Positions 25,601 to 36,827 of a stretch of DNA of 50,489 bases are shown one piece after another (within the stretch, counting starts at the first letter, position 1; every line of letters begins with the position of its first letter). The stretch lies in the NCBI GenBank assembly GCA_009602725.1, contig WELB01000025.1, positions 515,276-565,764 of the forward strand, written 5' to 3'. The notes under the pieces were generated by a model. That model saw nothing but the letters and a program-made list of their open reading frames with translations. It did not search any database and was not told the origin of the DNA. Made by a program: the position numbers and the translations under genes. This DNA comes from Spirogloea muscicola (lineage: Eukaryota).

Positions 25601-26254
25601 GCTGCCTTCCACAAGATGGCAGCCCTAGCTCGCCCCCTCAGATCGCCCACTGCCGGCCGCATGAACGCCTGAGAGCATCGCCACGAAGCAGAGAGACGAC
25701 TCATTTTACCATGTAAGTTGAAGTCGTAACCATCAACCCTAAAGCATTAAACCTCAAATCCTAAGAGCAGCGGCACGAAGCAGAGAGACGACTCATTCAT
25801 TCCCATCGAAAACCGTAACCCCTAAAACCTTAGACCCTAGACCTGAAGCCTAAAACTTTGCGACTTCTAGACCAGCTTTGGGAGCTTTTCCTTGTCAGGT
25901 AGGATAATGCGGGGCAGCAAGCCGTGACTCCGGCACAGTGTGCTGGTCAGCTAACCACCGTCAAGCGGCGGGCAAGAGGCTGCCGGCTACAGTACAAGCA
26001 CAAGGGCAGCAGAGGCTTCTCTCGCTTCGACGGGCCCAAAACCACTGTGCTGCTCCTTCACTCATTTAGGGCGGGCCCTCCAACTGAGCCAGCGTTTCAA
26101 ATGATGTAGCGGTACTTGAAGCAGCTGCTGAAGCGAGCGAAGCTTGCTGGAAGCGCGACCGACCTGCGGGCTCGGCGGCAGCTGCGGCCGCCGCAGGCGG
26201 GCGGTCGAGCTCGGCCACGCCGTCGGGCTGGCGCCGAGGCCCGCCGCATCTCGC
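19657..26254 (-). CDS. PAA1: Chloroplast copper-transporting P1B ATPase, PAA1/HMA6 type (multi-exon; exon 1 runs into the gap, possible ATG at 26460)
   Basis: Gly-rich linker and IVLDVG (exon 25360-25668), HMA motif GMSCGSC (25134-25187), SASVNLTTETALV, SPNMNTLVGLGA, VDESSITGEP, IACPCALGLATP (~22200-22230), DKTGT (~21880), ERSTTHP, MLSGD, GDGVNDAAALA and MGVSSLGVMVNSLLLR. HMA and TM1 context resemble PAA1 more than PAA2. Confidence 0.93.
25669..25860. repeat. ~92-bp tandem duplication with degenerate CCCTAAA telomere-like repeats in PAA1 intron 1
   Basis: CTRAGAGCAKCGSCACGAAGCAGAGAGACGACTCATT occurs at 25669-25705 and 25761-25797, each followed by AACCCTAAA/AACCTTAGA/ACCCTAGA-like units. Confidence 0.7.
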
Positions 26255-26439
<185 letters not shown>

Positions 26440-26483
26440 CCCGGCCGCGCTGCGGCGCATAGGGCTCCTCCACGCTCCCGCGC

Positions 26484-26520
<37 letters not shown>

Positions 26521-26559
26521 CGCGGGTGGTGGCGAAGCTTGGGGCTGCCGATATCGAGA

Positions 26560-27585
26560 AAGGGGCTGTGAATGGGAAGAAAGCTTATCCGGAACGGGGC
26601 GAGGGCTGTGAACAGCCAATCCGTGAACAATTGACAAGGTCCGAAGGTTCCGAAACTGCGCTGAAAGTCATGACCAAGAAGAAGTGGCTCTCCCAATGGG
26701 GGCAAGGGCTGTGAGAAGCCAGCCCGAAATGAATGGACAAGGTTCGAAGGGGCCAAACTACGAGCTAAGCAGCGACTGCGGGGCCTGAAGAGGCTAAGCA
26801 GGTACCATGTATTTTAGCCACTTGCCCGCCGGTTCGCTCGCCCGGGTACTCCGTATGCGCCTGGCGGTCTCGTTCCAACGCTCCCTTGCCTACGGCGTCC
26901 ACACGCGAGCCGGCGACAGTGTGGCCTGCTGCCTCGGGGTCACGGCGGAGTGCGTCTTCTCTATATGCGAGCACTTTCTTTCTTTCCCTGCAGCGAGCTA
27001 CTCTGACTTGATGGTGCTCACTCGCGGGTACTGAGCTTCCCTCTGCATCGTCTCGTGTCTTGTAGTGTTGTCCCTTTTCGGAGAAAACCGCGGCTAGATT
27101 GACTGGTGGCTGGGAGAGAAGAGAAGAAGAGAAGTGGCTCTCCTTATGGGGGCAAGGGTTGTGAGAAGCCAGCCCAAAAAGAATTGACAAGGTTCGAAGG
27201 GGCCAAAGTACGAAGGGGCCAGAGGCACTAACTCTGAACTAGGGAAGGATGAATTACTCAATAACAACGAGTAAGGAGCCTCAAATTCGACAGACTAGCT
27301 GGCGGAAAACAATCCCCCTGACGAAAGCCAGAGGCAGCAGCGAGAGCTCGGCCAGCACGCAGGTGCAAAGCGTGGGCCATGGACCACCGAAGGGATACGG
27401 CTAGTCGCATGCGATAGACTTGGGCCAACGAGCCAGCGGCGTTGAAGTCAGCCTGCTCACCTCGCCTGCGGGACACAGCGCGTCGCGCAAGCCTGGCCAG
27501 CAGGTCGAGCCACTGGGACCGAGGGTCCAGCCAGCTGGGAGAGGCCAGCCAAAGGAATGGACAAGGTCTGAAGGAGCCGGGGTGC
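26560..27585. mobile_element. Mixed-orientation stack of CRE-like 3' ends
   Basis: Minus motifs at ~26560-26760. Plus ORF end 26820-27034 (GSLARVLRMRLAVSFQRSLA...LMVLTRGY*). Minus UTR and ORF end 27088-27520 (LRLLTRCY*). Minus UTR 27530-27585. Confidence 0.8.
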
Positions 27586-27589
27586 TACG

Positions 27590-28765
27590 TACGGGATGCG
27601 CTGCTTGCGGATCACCCCGCCCTGGTGCCACGGGCCATCCCGTTCGCGCACCTCGCGCGCACGACCGACCTCCGGGCCCAAGCTCGCTTCATGGCGGAGG
27701 TAGATGCGGCCTCCTTCACCACGGCGGTGGGGCTTTTGCCTCCGGACGACCTCCGGGGGCGCGCGCGGCTACTCTCGGCATCCTCAGCAGGGGCGGCTGC
27801 TTGGTTGTCTGCCCTGCCGATCCACGACGCACTCCGGATGCCGGACGACGCATTCCGCACGGCTGTGCACCGCCTACTCGGCCTCCACCCACCCTGCCTA
27901 AGTGGAATACAGCAGTGCGAGTGCGGCGAGCGCAGCCCAGACACGGCATCGTTGACAGCTCATATGCTCAGGTGCGCACGGGGCGGGGAGCGGACCGGCA
28001 CACACGACCTGCTCCGGAACGCCGTGTTCGGCGTTTTTCTTGATGCCGGTTACACAGTGGCGCTCAGAATTCCAGCATCATGCCTCTGACCACTGGGGCG
28101 GATGGCCGCCTCCACACCCGGCGCGCCGATTGCGTCGCCAGCGCGCTCGGCGGGGGGCCTCGGCTCATTGCCGACGTTGTCACGACTGACTGCTCTGATT
28201 CCAGGAGCGCCAAACGCTCGTCGGAGGAGGCGGGCTACGCAGTCCGCCAAGCGGCGCGCGCGAAGGAACGGAAATACTTGGATCACCCAGCGGGCGATGA
28301 ATTTGTCCCACTCGCCGTCGACGAAAACGGAGCCTTTGGCACACAATGGCTTGACCTGCTTCACCACCTTGCGCGCCGAGCAGTGGCCCGCCGCCACAGG
28401 CAGCAGGGCGAGCAGCCTGGCTTTAATGTCGCCGGGTCCCTCGCTCAAGTCTTCCGGATGCACTTGGCCATCTCTTTGCAGCGGTCCCTTGCCTTCGCGT
28501 CGCGCAGGCCGCGCTTTGGCGACGGCCTCTGGCTTCCGTCAGGGCGACGTCTACCCGCCTGCTAGCAATTCCGACTTGCATTTGCTGACAAGAGGTTACT
28601 GAGAGTCCCCTTTGCTTAGCACTCAGCACTCCAGCTCCTTCAGACCTTGTCCATTCCTTTGGGCTGGCCTCTCCCAGCCACCAGTCATACTCCAGCTCCT
28701 TCAGACCTTGTCCATTCCTTTGGGCTGGCCTCTCCCAGCCACCAGTCAATCTGGCCGCGCTTTTG
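27590..28765 (+). mobile_element. 5'-truncated, frameshifted RLE-type (CRE-like) non-LTR retrotransposon
   Basis: GAAAWLSALP, FRTAVHRLLG, zinc knuckle CECG-x-HMLRC, THD, nuclease RRAD...DVV...KERKY, FVPLAVDENGAFG, LAISLQRS and LLTRGY* (28602), followed by a duplicated 3' UTR. Frameshifts near 28065 and 28497; no RT domain. Confidence 0.88.
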
Positions 28766-28789
28766 TCTTTATACGAAGACAGCAGCAAA

Positions 28790-30140
28790 GGGGACTCTCG
28801 GTAACCTCTAGTCAGTAGATGCAAGTCGGAATAACTAGCAGGCGGATAGACGCCCTGACGGAAGCCGGAGGCCGCTGCCAAAGCGCGGCCTGCGCGCAAG
28901 TGAATTGCGAAGGCAAGGGACCGCTGCAAAGAGATGGCCAAGCGCATCTGGAAGACTTGAGCAAGGGACCCGGCGACATTGAAGCCAGGCTGCTCGCCCT
29001 GCTGCCCGTGGCGGCGGGCCACTGCTTGGCGCGCAAGGCGGTGAAGCAGGTCAAGCCATTGTGTGCCAAAGGCTGTTCGTCGACGGCGAGTAGGCCAAAC
29101 TCGTCGCCCGCTGGGAGAATTGAGTATTTCCGTTCCTTTGCTTTTGCCTCCGCCGCTTGGCGGACTGCGTAGCCCGCCTCCTCCGGCGAGCGTTTGGTGC
29201 TCCTGGAATCAAAGCAGTCAGTCGTGACAACGTTGGCAATGAGCCGAGGCCCCCGGCCGAGCGCGCTGGCGCCGCGATCGGCGCGCCGGGTGTGGAGTCG
29301 GCCATCCGCCCTAGCGGTCAGAGGCATGATGCTGGGATTTTCGAGCGTCACCGTGTAACCGGCCTCCACAAAAACGCCGAACTTGGCGTTCCGGAGCAGG
29401 TCGTGTGGGCCGGTCCGCTCCCCGCCCCGTGCGCACCTGAGCATATGAGCTGCCAACGATGCTGCGTCTGGGCTGCGCTCGCCGCACTCGCACTGCTGTA
29501 CTCCATTTAGGCAAGGGTTGGTGGAGGCCGAGTAGGCGGTGCACAGCCGTGCGGAATGCGTCGTCCGGCATCCGGAGCGCGTCGTGGATCGGCAGGGCAG
29601 ACAACCAAGCTGCCGCCCCTGGTGAGGATGCCGAGAGCGGCCGCGCGCGCCCCGGAGGTCGTCCGGAGGCAAAAGCCCCCACCGCCGTGGTGAAGGAGGC
29701 CGCCATGAAGCGGCTCTTCTACCTCCGCCATGAAGCGAGCTTGTGCCCGGAGGTCGGCCCGTGCGCGCCAGGTGCGCAAACGGGACGGCCCGTGGCACCA
29801 GGGCGGGGTTATCCGCAAGCAGCGCATCCCGGGCGGAGCGGAGAGCCGCCTGGAATGGCAACGTGCCGGTCTCCACGTCCGCTGCTGCCTGCTCCAGGAG
29901 GCGACCCCCATGCCGGATGAAACGCTGGGCCACCAAAGCCGCAAGCTGCGTCCAACTCCCCAGGTGTGCTGCCCAGCAGGCACGAGCCAGCGGACGGCAG
30001 CCCAGACCCCCGCGGCTCACAGGCAGGGAGGCCTGGTGAACTGCAGCCGGCGTCTCCAGGAAGGCCGGGTGTTGGACGAGGGCCGCTGTGCTGGCCAGGA
30101 TACCTGCATCGAAGGTTGCGTAGGCGGCCTGCGCCGCCGG
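28790..30140 (-). mobile_element. Longest 5'-truncated RLE-type (CRE-like) non-LTR retrotransposon copy, frameshifted
   Basis: Begins at the post-RT LPVSRGGLG...AAHLGSW motif and carries the same zinc knuckle and RLE motifs as 27590-28602, in inverted orientation. Confidence 0.88.
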
Positions 30141-30144
30141 GGGG

Positions 30145-30510
30145 GAGAGAAGTGCTCGCCCGTCGAGAAGAAGGGCTGGCAAAGCAAGTCCTGAAAAGAA
30201 TGGACAATGTCCAAAGCCAAAGAAAGAGGAGCCGGAAAAAGAACTACACCACAAAACACTACAAACCACGTAGACGATGCAGAGGAGGGAAGCTCAGTAC
30301 CCACGAGTGAGCAACATCAGGTCTGAGTAGCTCGCTGCAGGGGAAGAAGTGCGCGCCCGCAGAGAAGAGGGGCTGGCAAAGAATTGCGCGCCCATAGAGA
30401 AGGGGGGCTGGCAAAGCCAGCCCAAAAAAGAATGCAGGGAAGGAGGCACTCCGCCGAGACCCAGAGGGCGGCGGCCATAGCACGGCCGGCTCGCGTGTGG
30501 ACGGCGGACG
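30145..30510 (-). mobile_element. CRE-like 3' end with a nested 3'-motif insertion
   Basis: VHTRAGRAMAAA...[86-bp insert]...PAASYSDLMLLTRGY* (30294), then a UTR with the motif at ~30150-30210. Confidence 0.8.
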
Positions 30511-30838
30511 ACGGGAAAAGGAACGTGCAAAGTTCTCCTCGGTGCTCTACACAAGTCAGGGGCCGGTCTGCCCCACCAGGCGATGCGGCCAAATCGACCG
30601 CCCAAGCGCTCCCACGTGCAGATTTCTCCAGGCGAGCGCCGCACGTGGGGAGTGTGCACGGCCTGGGGGCTCGCCACGGAAGGGAGGGGTCTGCTCGGGG
30701 AGAGGGGCCGGTAACAGCTATGGGCAAATCTGGGGGAGAGATGATAAGGTGGGGGACGGGGGCGAGAGGCGCTGCTACGTCAGTGACCGGCCGGCGGGGA
30801 GAGGGGGGGAGGCGGCCACTCCTTTTACCCCCCCCCCC

Positions 30839-30931
30839 NNNNNNNNNNNNNNNNNNNNNNNNNNNNNNNNNNNNNNNNNNNNNNNNNNNNNNNNNNNNNN
30901 NNNNNNNNNNNNNNNNNNNNNNNNNNNNNNN
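30839..30931. other. Assembly gap (N run)
   Basis: Run of n. Confidence 1.
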
Positions 30932-30967
30932 GGCGGGCGAGTGCTGCTGGCCGCAGCTGCCGGCGGG

Positions 30968-33900
30968 ATGCCGGCCGAGATCCGGCGGTCGCGGTCCGCC
31001 AACGCGCGATGGGCCAAAAGCCGGACGCTCTCGCGCGGCGCTCGGGACACGCTCGAGCGCGTCATGGGCGCCAGCGGCCGCGGGCCTCCGCGGGTGAGCC
31101 TCGCGGCGGCCCGCTGCTCTGGGCCAGCCGCGCCGTGCTCGGCAGTGCCGCAGGACTCGTTGATCAACGACATTGATCGACTGCGCTCAGCACATCACGT
31201 TCCGTTACCAAATTGTTGTGCAAAGCTGCAAGTCGTGCACCTGCCGCGTCGGTGGCGATTCCTGCCGCATGCAGGCCTGGCGAAGCTTCAGCAGGCCAGG
31301 CACATTGCAAAGAGGCAGGCTGTCATGCGCAAACCGATGTTGCCCGGGTTTGAACATGTCCCCTTTAATGGCGTTTGCTGCAGACCTACACTTGGGGCGC
31401 AACTCTCGTCCTCGCCTTCCAGACCATAGGTAGGCCTCCTTCTCAGTCGCTGGCAGCTGGGTCACCCACTTGGCAGGCCACCGGCAAGCTGCAAGTGCGA
31501 GGCTCCGAGTAGCTGCTGCGTGCAGCTCGTCCTAGCTAAGCTGTTCGCCACCACAGCCTCCTACTCCCCTGCAACTTACTGGCAACCTTTGTGCTGACTT
31601 CTGAAGTTTCGTCGGTCGCTCAGAGCAAGCCAGTTGCTGAGAGTCGAGCAAGTGCCGCAGGTATAGTTTACGGAGACATAGGAACGAGCCCGCTGTACGT
31701 GTTTGCCATAGCCTTCGAGGACGGTCTCGACTACCCCGGCTATAAAGAGGACGTCATTGGGGCTCTTTCCATCATCCTTTGGACTGTCACTCTCAGTCCC
31801 CTCCTGAAGTACATTGCTGTTGTACTGCAGTGCAACGACAATGGTGAAGGTGAGCTGCATTGCCTGCTACGTTCCTCCTGTGAGCAAAGTCAGGCTTCTG
31901 TCTCAATCACTAGGCTCTTCTTGGGTCGTGGATTACTGCCTGTCACCTACTCTTGTCTTAGCTCTGCAGCTGACAACTACTGCAGCAGACAGCGAAGTAT
32001 GTTTGTCTTCAATGCAAGCAGATCGCCTTAGGAATGACAGGCATTGCTTGTTGACTTTGCTCCTGACCTGATCTAGCTCGTCTGAGCAGGGGGAACTTTT
32101 GCCTTGTACTCATTGTTGTGCCGGCACTTGAAGATTAGCAAGCTGGCGACCAAGCAGCGGCAAGACTTCGGCCTGTCAAATTACAGCATCGAGGTAGCAA
32201 ACAAGAGGTGATCAAATCAACTGGCTCTGCTGTTCTTCTGATGAGTCTCTCAATGAGCATGTTGCTTGAATGTCTGCATCTTGCTTGTATGTAAAGAACC
32301 ACCTCTGAGAAGAGTACGTTGAAGCGGCAGCTCAAGGCTGATCACTCCCTGGGCAAACTGCAGGTCCCCGATCAATGAGGCAATCAAAAACTTTGTGGAA
32401 GACAGGAGTTGGATGCACACAGTCATCTTGATCATGGTGCTGACAGCTACTTGTATGGTGATTGGTGATGGTGCCTTGACCCCAGCACAATCAGGTCTGC
32501 TTCAAAGCTGGGCATCCACTTGCGACATGTACTTGGTTACCATGCAAACTAGGTGGCGATCCGAGCAACTATACATGCTACTATCTGTATCTATTCGCAC
32601 TTTCTGCACTCTCAGTCCATTAGCTGTTGCAGCCTGTAGTCAAGAAAACTCTGTGCAAGTCTTATAAATGAATGGCATTTAATTTCTGTACAGTTCTATC
32701 TGCGATTGGAGGCATACAGGTGTCAAGTCCAAGCGTAAGCCAAGGTCCTCACACAACCAGCTCTCTGCCTGGACGTAGAAAGGAAGTGCATCTTGTTGTT
32801 CTGGCCAAGGACCTGCAGTTGTGACAACATTGTATGAGCTGCACTTGTTTGGCTCCCATCCAATGCATAATCTGAGTCTCTCACCTGGTAGCTCTATAAA
32901 TGCAGATGTTATTATTGGTATCACTGTCGCGGTGTTGGTAGTGCTCTTTCTGGGACAACAATTTGGCACAGCCACTATCAGCTTCGCCTTTGCTCCCATT
33001 GTCTTCCTCTGGTTCATCATCATCTTCTGTCTAGGGATCTATAACCTAGCACACTTCAACGGGTGGTCTGTCCTAAAGGTGAGGTCTATGTCAAATTCTG
33101 TCATAGTCTCTGGCAATGGCTGGCTAGCTGTCAAATTCACCAGCTTATATGCAGCACTCTGACGGTCCCTTTGTATAATAATAGCCTTCAACAAGTTCAG
33201 AAGTGGTCATGAAATCACATGTCAATCCACTTGTGATGAAGCTTCTGGGTCTCCTTGCAGAGAGAATTCTATGCGCTATAATGAAGAGTCACATTATATA
33301 CCTCTCACCTTAGTAGCATGCCAATGCTCAGGCCTTCTCGCCTCACTATGGCATCCTCTTTCTCACAAGGAATGGCAAGAAAGGCTGGATACAATTGGGC
33401 GGCCTCTTTCTGACAATTACTGGTAATGCATTGAGTGGAGGTCAACTATCTGACGAGATATTGTAGATAATTCATTATACAAGGCCAGCAAATTTGCGCG
33501 AGAGTTCATCTGCTATGTCAGATTCTCAGTGCTTCTTCTTCTGTGTGTCAGTACTCCTTCATGACTTGGAACAGATTTCGTTGTGTGGTACAAGCAGGTG
33601 TCGAAGCCATGTTTGCTGATCTGGGCCACTTCACCCCCCTCTCAATGCAGGTGATTGCACCTCGTTGCAGTTTTTGATACTTCATGCAGTTGTTGATATT
33701 GTTAATCTGTTTCCTGACAATATGCAAACGTACACCTCACAACTGTGAGCAATTGTTAGAAGGTCAAGAGCAATATACAATGAAGGAGGTCTTCCATGTA
33801 TCAAAGTGAGAGCTGCTCACAAGCTTTTCCTGACAACTTGTGATCACTATCACACTGTGCAGTTAGCCTTCTCAACCTTCATATACCCTTGTCTTATCGT

Positions 33901-36827
33901 TCAGTATTTGGGACAGGCTTCTTATCTCATGGCTCATCCAGAGCATGTATCTCAGACCTTCTACAAGTCGATTCCAGGTACGTGTGAAAGCCCAGACCTT
34001 GTCCAAGATGCAGTGGGCCCCTCATAATGGGTAGAGGGTCATAGGGTCAGGATTCACAATTAAGCAGTGGTGACTCATGACACACGACGAGGAGCATAGA
34101 GGACGTGCATTTAGCTGGTGCGAAGCAGGTCACGTGCACTTTGAGATTTCATCTACAAATTCATTTTCATATACGACAGGAACACGGTCTTTGACTGCGG
34201 CCTCAGCAGCTAATGCCTGCTTCTTCCTTGATCCATCCAGAGCCCGTCTACTGGCCAGTATTTGCAGTAGCCACGGCGTCAGCAGCCATTGCAAGCCAAG
34301 CCTTGATCACCGCGACCTTCTCGCTTGTCAGTCAATCGCTAGCGCTCGGATGCTTCCCTCGCGTAATGGTCAGGCACACTTCAGAAAAGCACAGTGGCCA
34401 GGTGTATATACCCGAGGTGAGTATCTCTTTCGCCACGCTGAGCGAGAAGGATGCTGAATGAATAAGCTGAATGACTGTCTGCAGTTGATGATTATTTGTC
34501 ATCTGTCAGCTGTCGTCTGTTGCAAGTCAGATCCTTTGAGGCTTTTGTTATACATGGGTCGCCCTTAAGTGGAGGACCTTGTTGCTGGCGACATCCATTG
34601 CCAAGAAGTTGTGGTCCTAATTCTGCTGTTGACTGCACAGGTCAACTACCTGCTAATGGTCCTCTGCATAGCCATTGTGGTAGGGTTGAGGACAACAAAC
34701 CATATTGGTGGTGCATATGGTATGCACATGCTTTCTTGTTGCACATTTGCTGTGAGTCAAAAGTGTCACAAGCATTTCCAGTGAGCATCTTACGTTGCAA
34801 TGAACTTCAGTAGCTACTCTGCAAGGAACTTCAGTAGCTACTTTGCCCAAGATACTCGTCAGCAATCAGGACTGCAATATCAGCATATACTGGAACGTTG
34901 TCATCAGTCCTGACTTGGTGCAACGGCTGCTCAATGAACAGGAATCACTGTAAGCTCCGTGATGATCATCACCACTGTGTTGGTGACGCTGATACTTATA
35001 ACTGTGAAGGGCTGGAGCATCTTCTTCTGGCTGCCCTTCTTCCTCTTCACATTCTTCTTTGAGGGTGTATACCTCTCGTCGAATTTCTACAAGTTCCCTA
35101 ACTTTGGCTGGGTGCCTGTGGCCATTACTGCTGGTGAGGACAAGCTTCATACGTAGACGTGCTTCACGCACTCTATGGCCTGCTACCTCCAGCGTGTTGG
35201 GTACATACCTGGCTCAGTGAAGCAAGCAATAAAGATCATAGGGAGCCATGTCAGGTTCAGTTTTTGATGGGATTGTTCAATGCTGTTGGCAGTCTTTCTA
35301 GTTATCATGTACACGTGGCATTACGGCACTGCCAAAAAGTACTTCTTCAATCTGGAGAACAAGCTCACTCTAGACTGGGCGTTGAAGGCTACCAGCACGG
35401 AAGACGTCAAAAAAGTTCCTGGTATAATGAATCACCTACTATCAGATTCTATATCTTAGGTTGATTCCTGAACAAGTAGTGGTTGCACTGTGAGACGTGG
35501 GAACACTTGTAACAGAGTTCCTTTTGCTTGCTGTACTAATCTTCTAACGCATTCTCTGATACTGCAGGCATTGGCATCTTTTACAGTGAGCTCATTTCAG
35601 GGGTTCCAGCCATCTTCTCGCACTTCATCACAGTAGTACCTGTAGTCCACGACGTTGTTATATTCTTGGCTGTCAAACACGTGGAAGCGCCATTTGTCGA
35701 ACCAGTGGAGCGGTTCCTCATCCGTCGTCTGGGACCACCCTCTGCTCACATGTACCGCTGCGTGACTAGGTGCACCACAAGCGCAGCCACTTCTTTGATG
35801 GTGCCCGGTTGTCAGTTCAGATAGTACTGAGACCCGCAATCAGAGCCAGCAGCAACTCTGTGTTCAAACAAGCTCTTAGACCGCGCAACTTCAGCTTGCT
35901 TAAAGGGCATGTGGGTTCACAACATGAGCAGGTATGGCTATGCTGATATAGCTCGGGACGAGCAGAGCAACCTCGTTGACGGACTTCTTGAGGCTATCAC
36001 TGCCTTCATAAGGATGGAAGATATGCCAAGGGACGAGTGGCCTACGCAAGTTCCAGCAGATGATGAATCTTTGTTGCTACCCGCTACTGTTGTGAGTCCT
36101 CCTTTGTTGTCTGGCCAGGTGTTCTCTACCTGGAGGATGTTCACATGCTTGCAATCGAATCAAGGTCGAGGTTATGAAGTGTGACCAGCGGACTAGATCA
36201 ATCGAGTCAATCTGAAAATGTACGAAACTAAAGGATGGGATCCGAGTTTTTGCTGGCCGCGGCAGGCTGGTCCTGCCCTTCTCGAGACGGCGAGCAGCAT
36301 GGAGTCAGGGACGGTCTTGCCAGAAATTGCACAGGAATCGTCTATCCATGCAAGCGATGCTGGCACGCCAAAGTCAGTCTCTTTCGGAGGTGTGGACAGC
36401 CAAAGTGAGAGTTTTGATGCCAAAGTGGGGGTACCAATGCATACGCTCTATGAGGGGCACGAGGAGTTGCTGAAATGGCAGCAGGAGCAGGTGCAGGTTC
36501 TCAACAAGGCCCAGCAGAAGGGCTTTGTGCACGTGGTCGGGCACTCCAATCTCCGAGTCAGGTGAAGACCGGGAGGGTATCGAATCTGAGGGGCAGACAG
36601 TGTGGGCATTGCTGTACTGCCATCGGTTTGGTGCTATATGCGGCAGTAAGCTTACTAACGGTTGTGCTGTGTGGGTCTACTTCTTGTGCAGAAGGGAAGA
36701 CTCGTTATGGAAGAAGATCCTCATCAAAATTTACATCGTCATCCAGCAGAACACGCCAACTAGCAACACCATGCTCAATCTGCCAACAGAGAATCTGCTC
36801 GAGATTGGCATGACTGTAACATTGTAG
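30968..36827 (+). CDS. KUP/HAK/KT potassium transporter, copy 1 (multi-exon)
   Basis: Exon 1 30968-31093, exon 2 31384-31429, [13 protein letters not shown] (31661-31849), [53 protein letters not shown]...[30 protein letters not shown] and [10 protein letters not shown] (36827). Confidence 0.93.

Noticed and set aside
28600..28765. 3' motif as a known ribozyme or SECIS element
   Set aside because: No hammerhead CTGANGA/GAAA core, complete HDV-like nested pseudoknot or SECIS ATGA/AA/GA arrangement could be built, and one subfamily ends in TAA rather than TGA.
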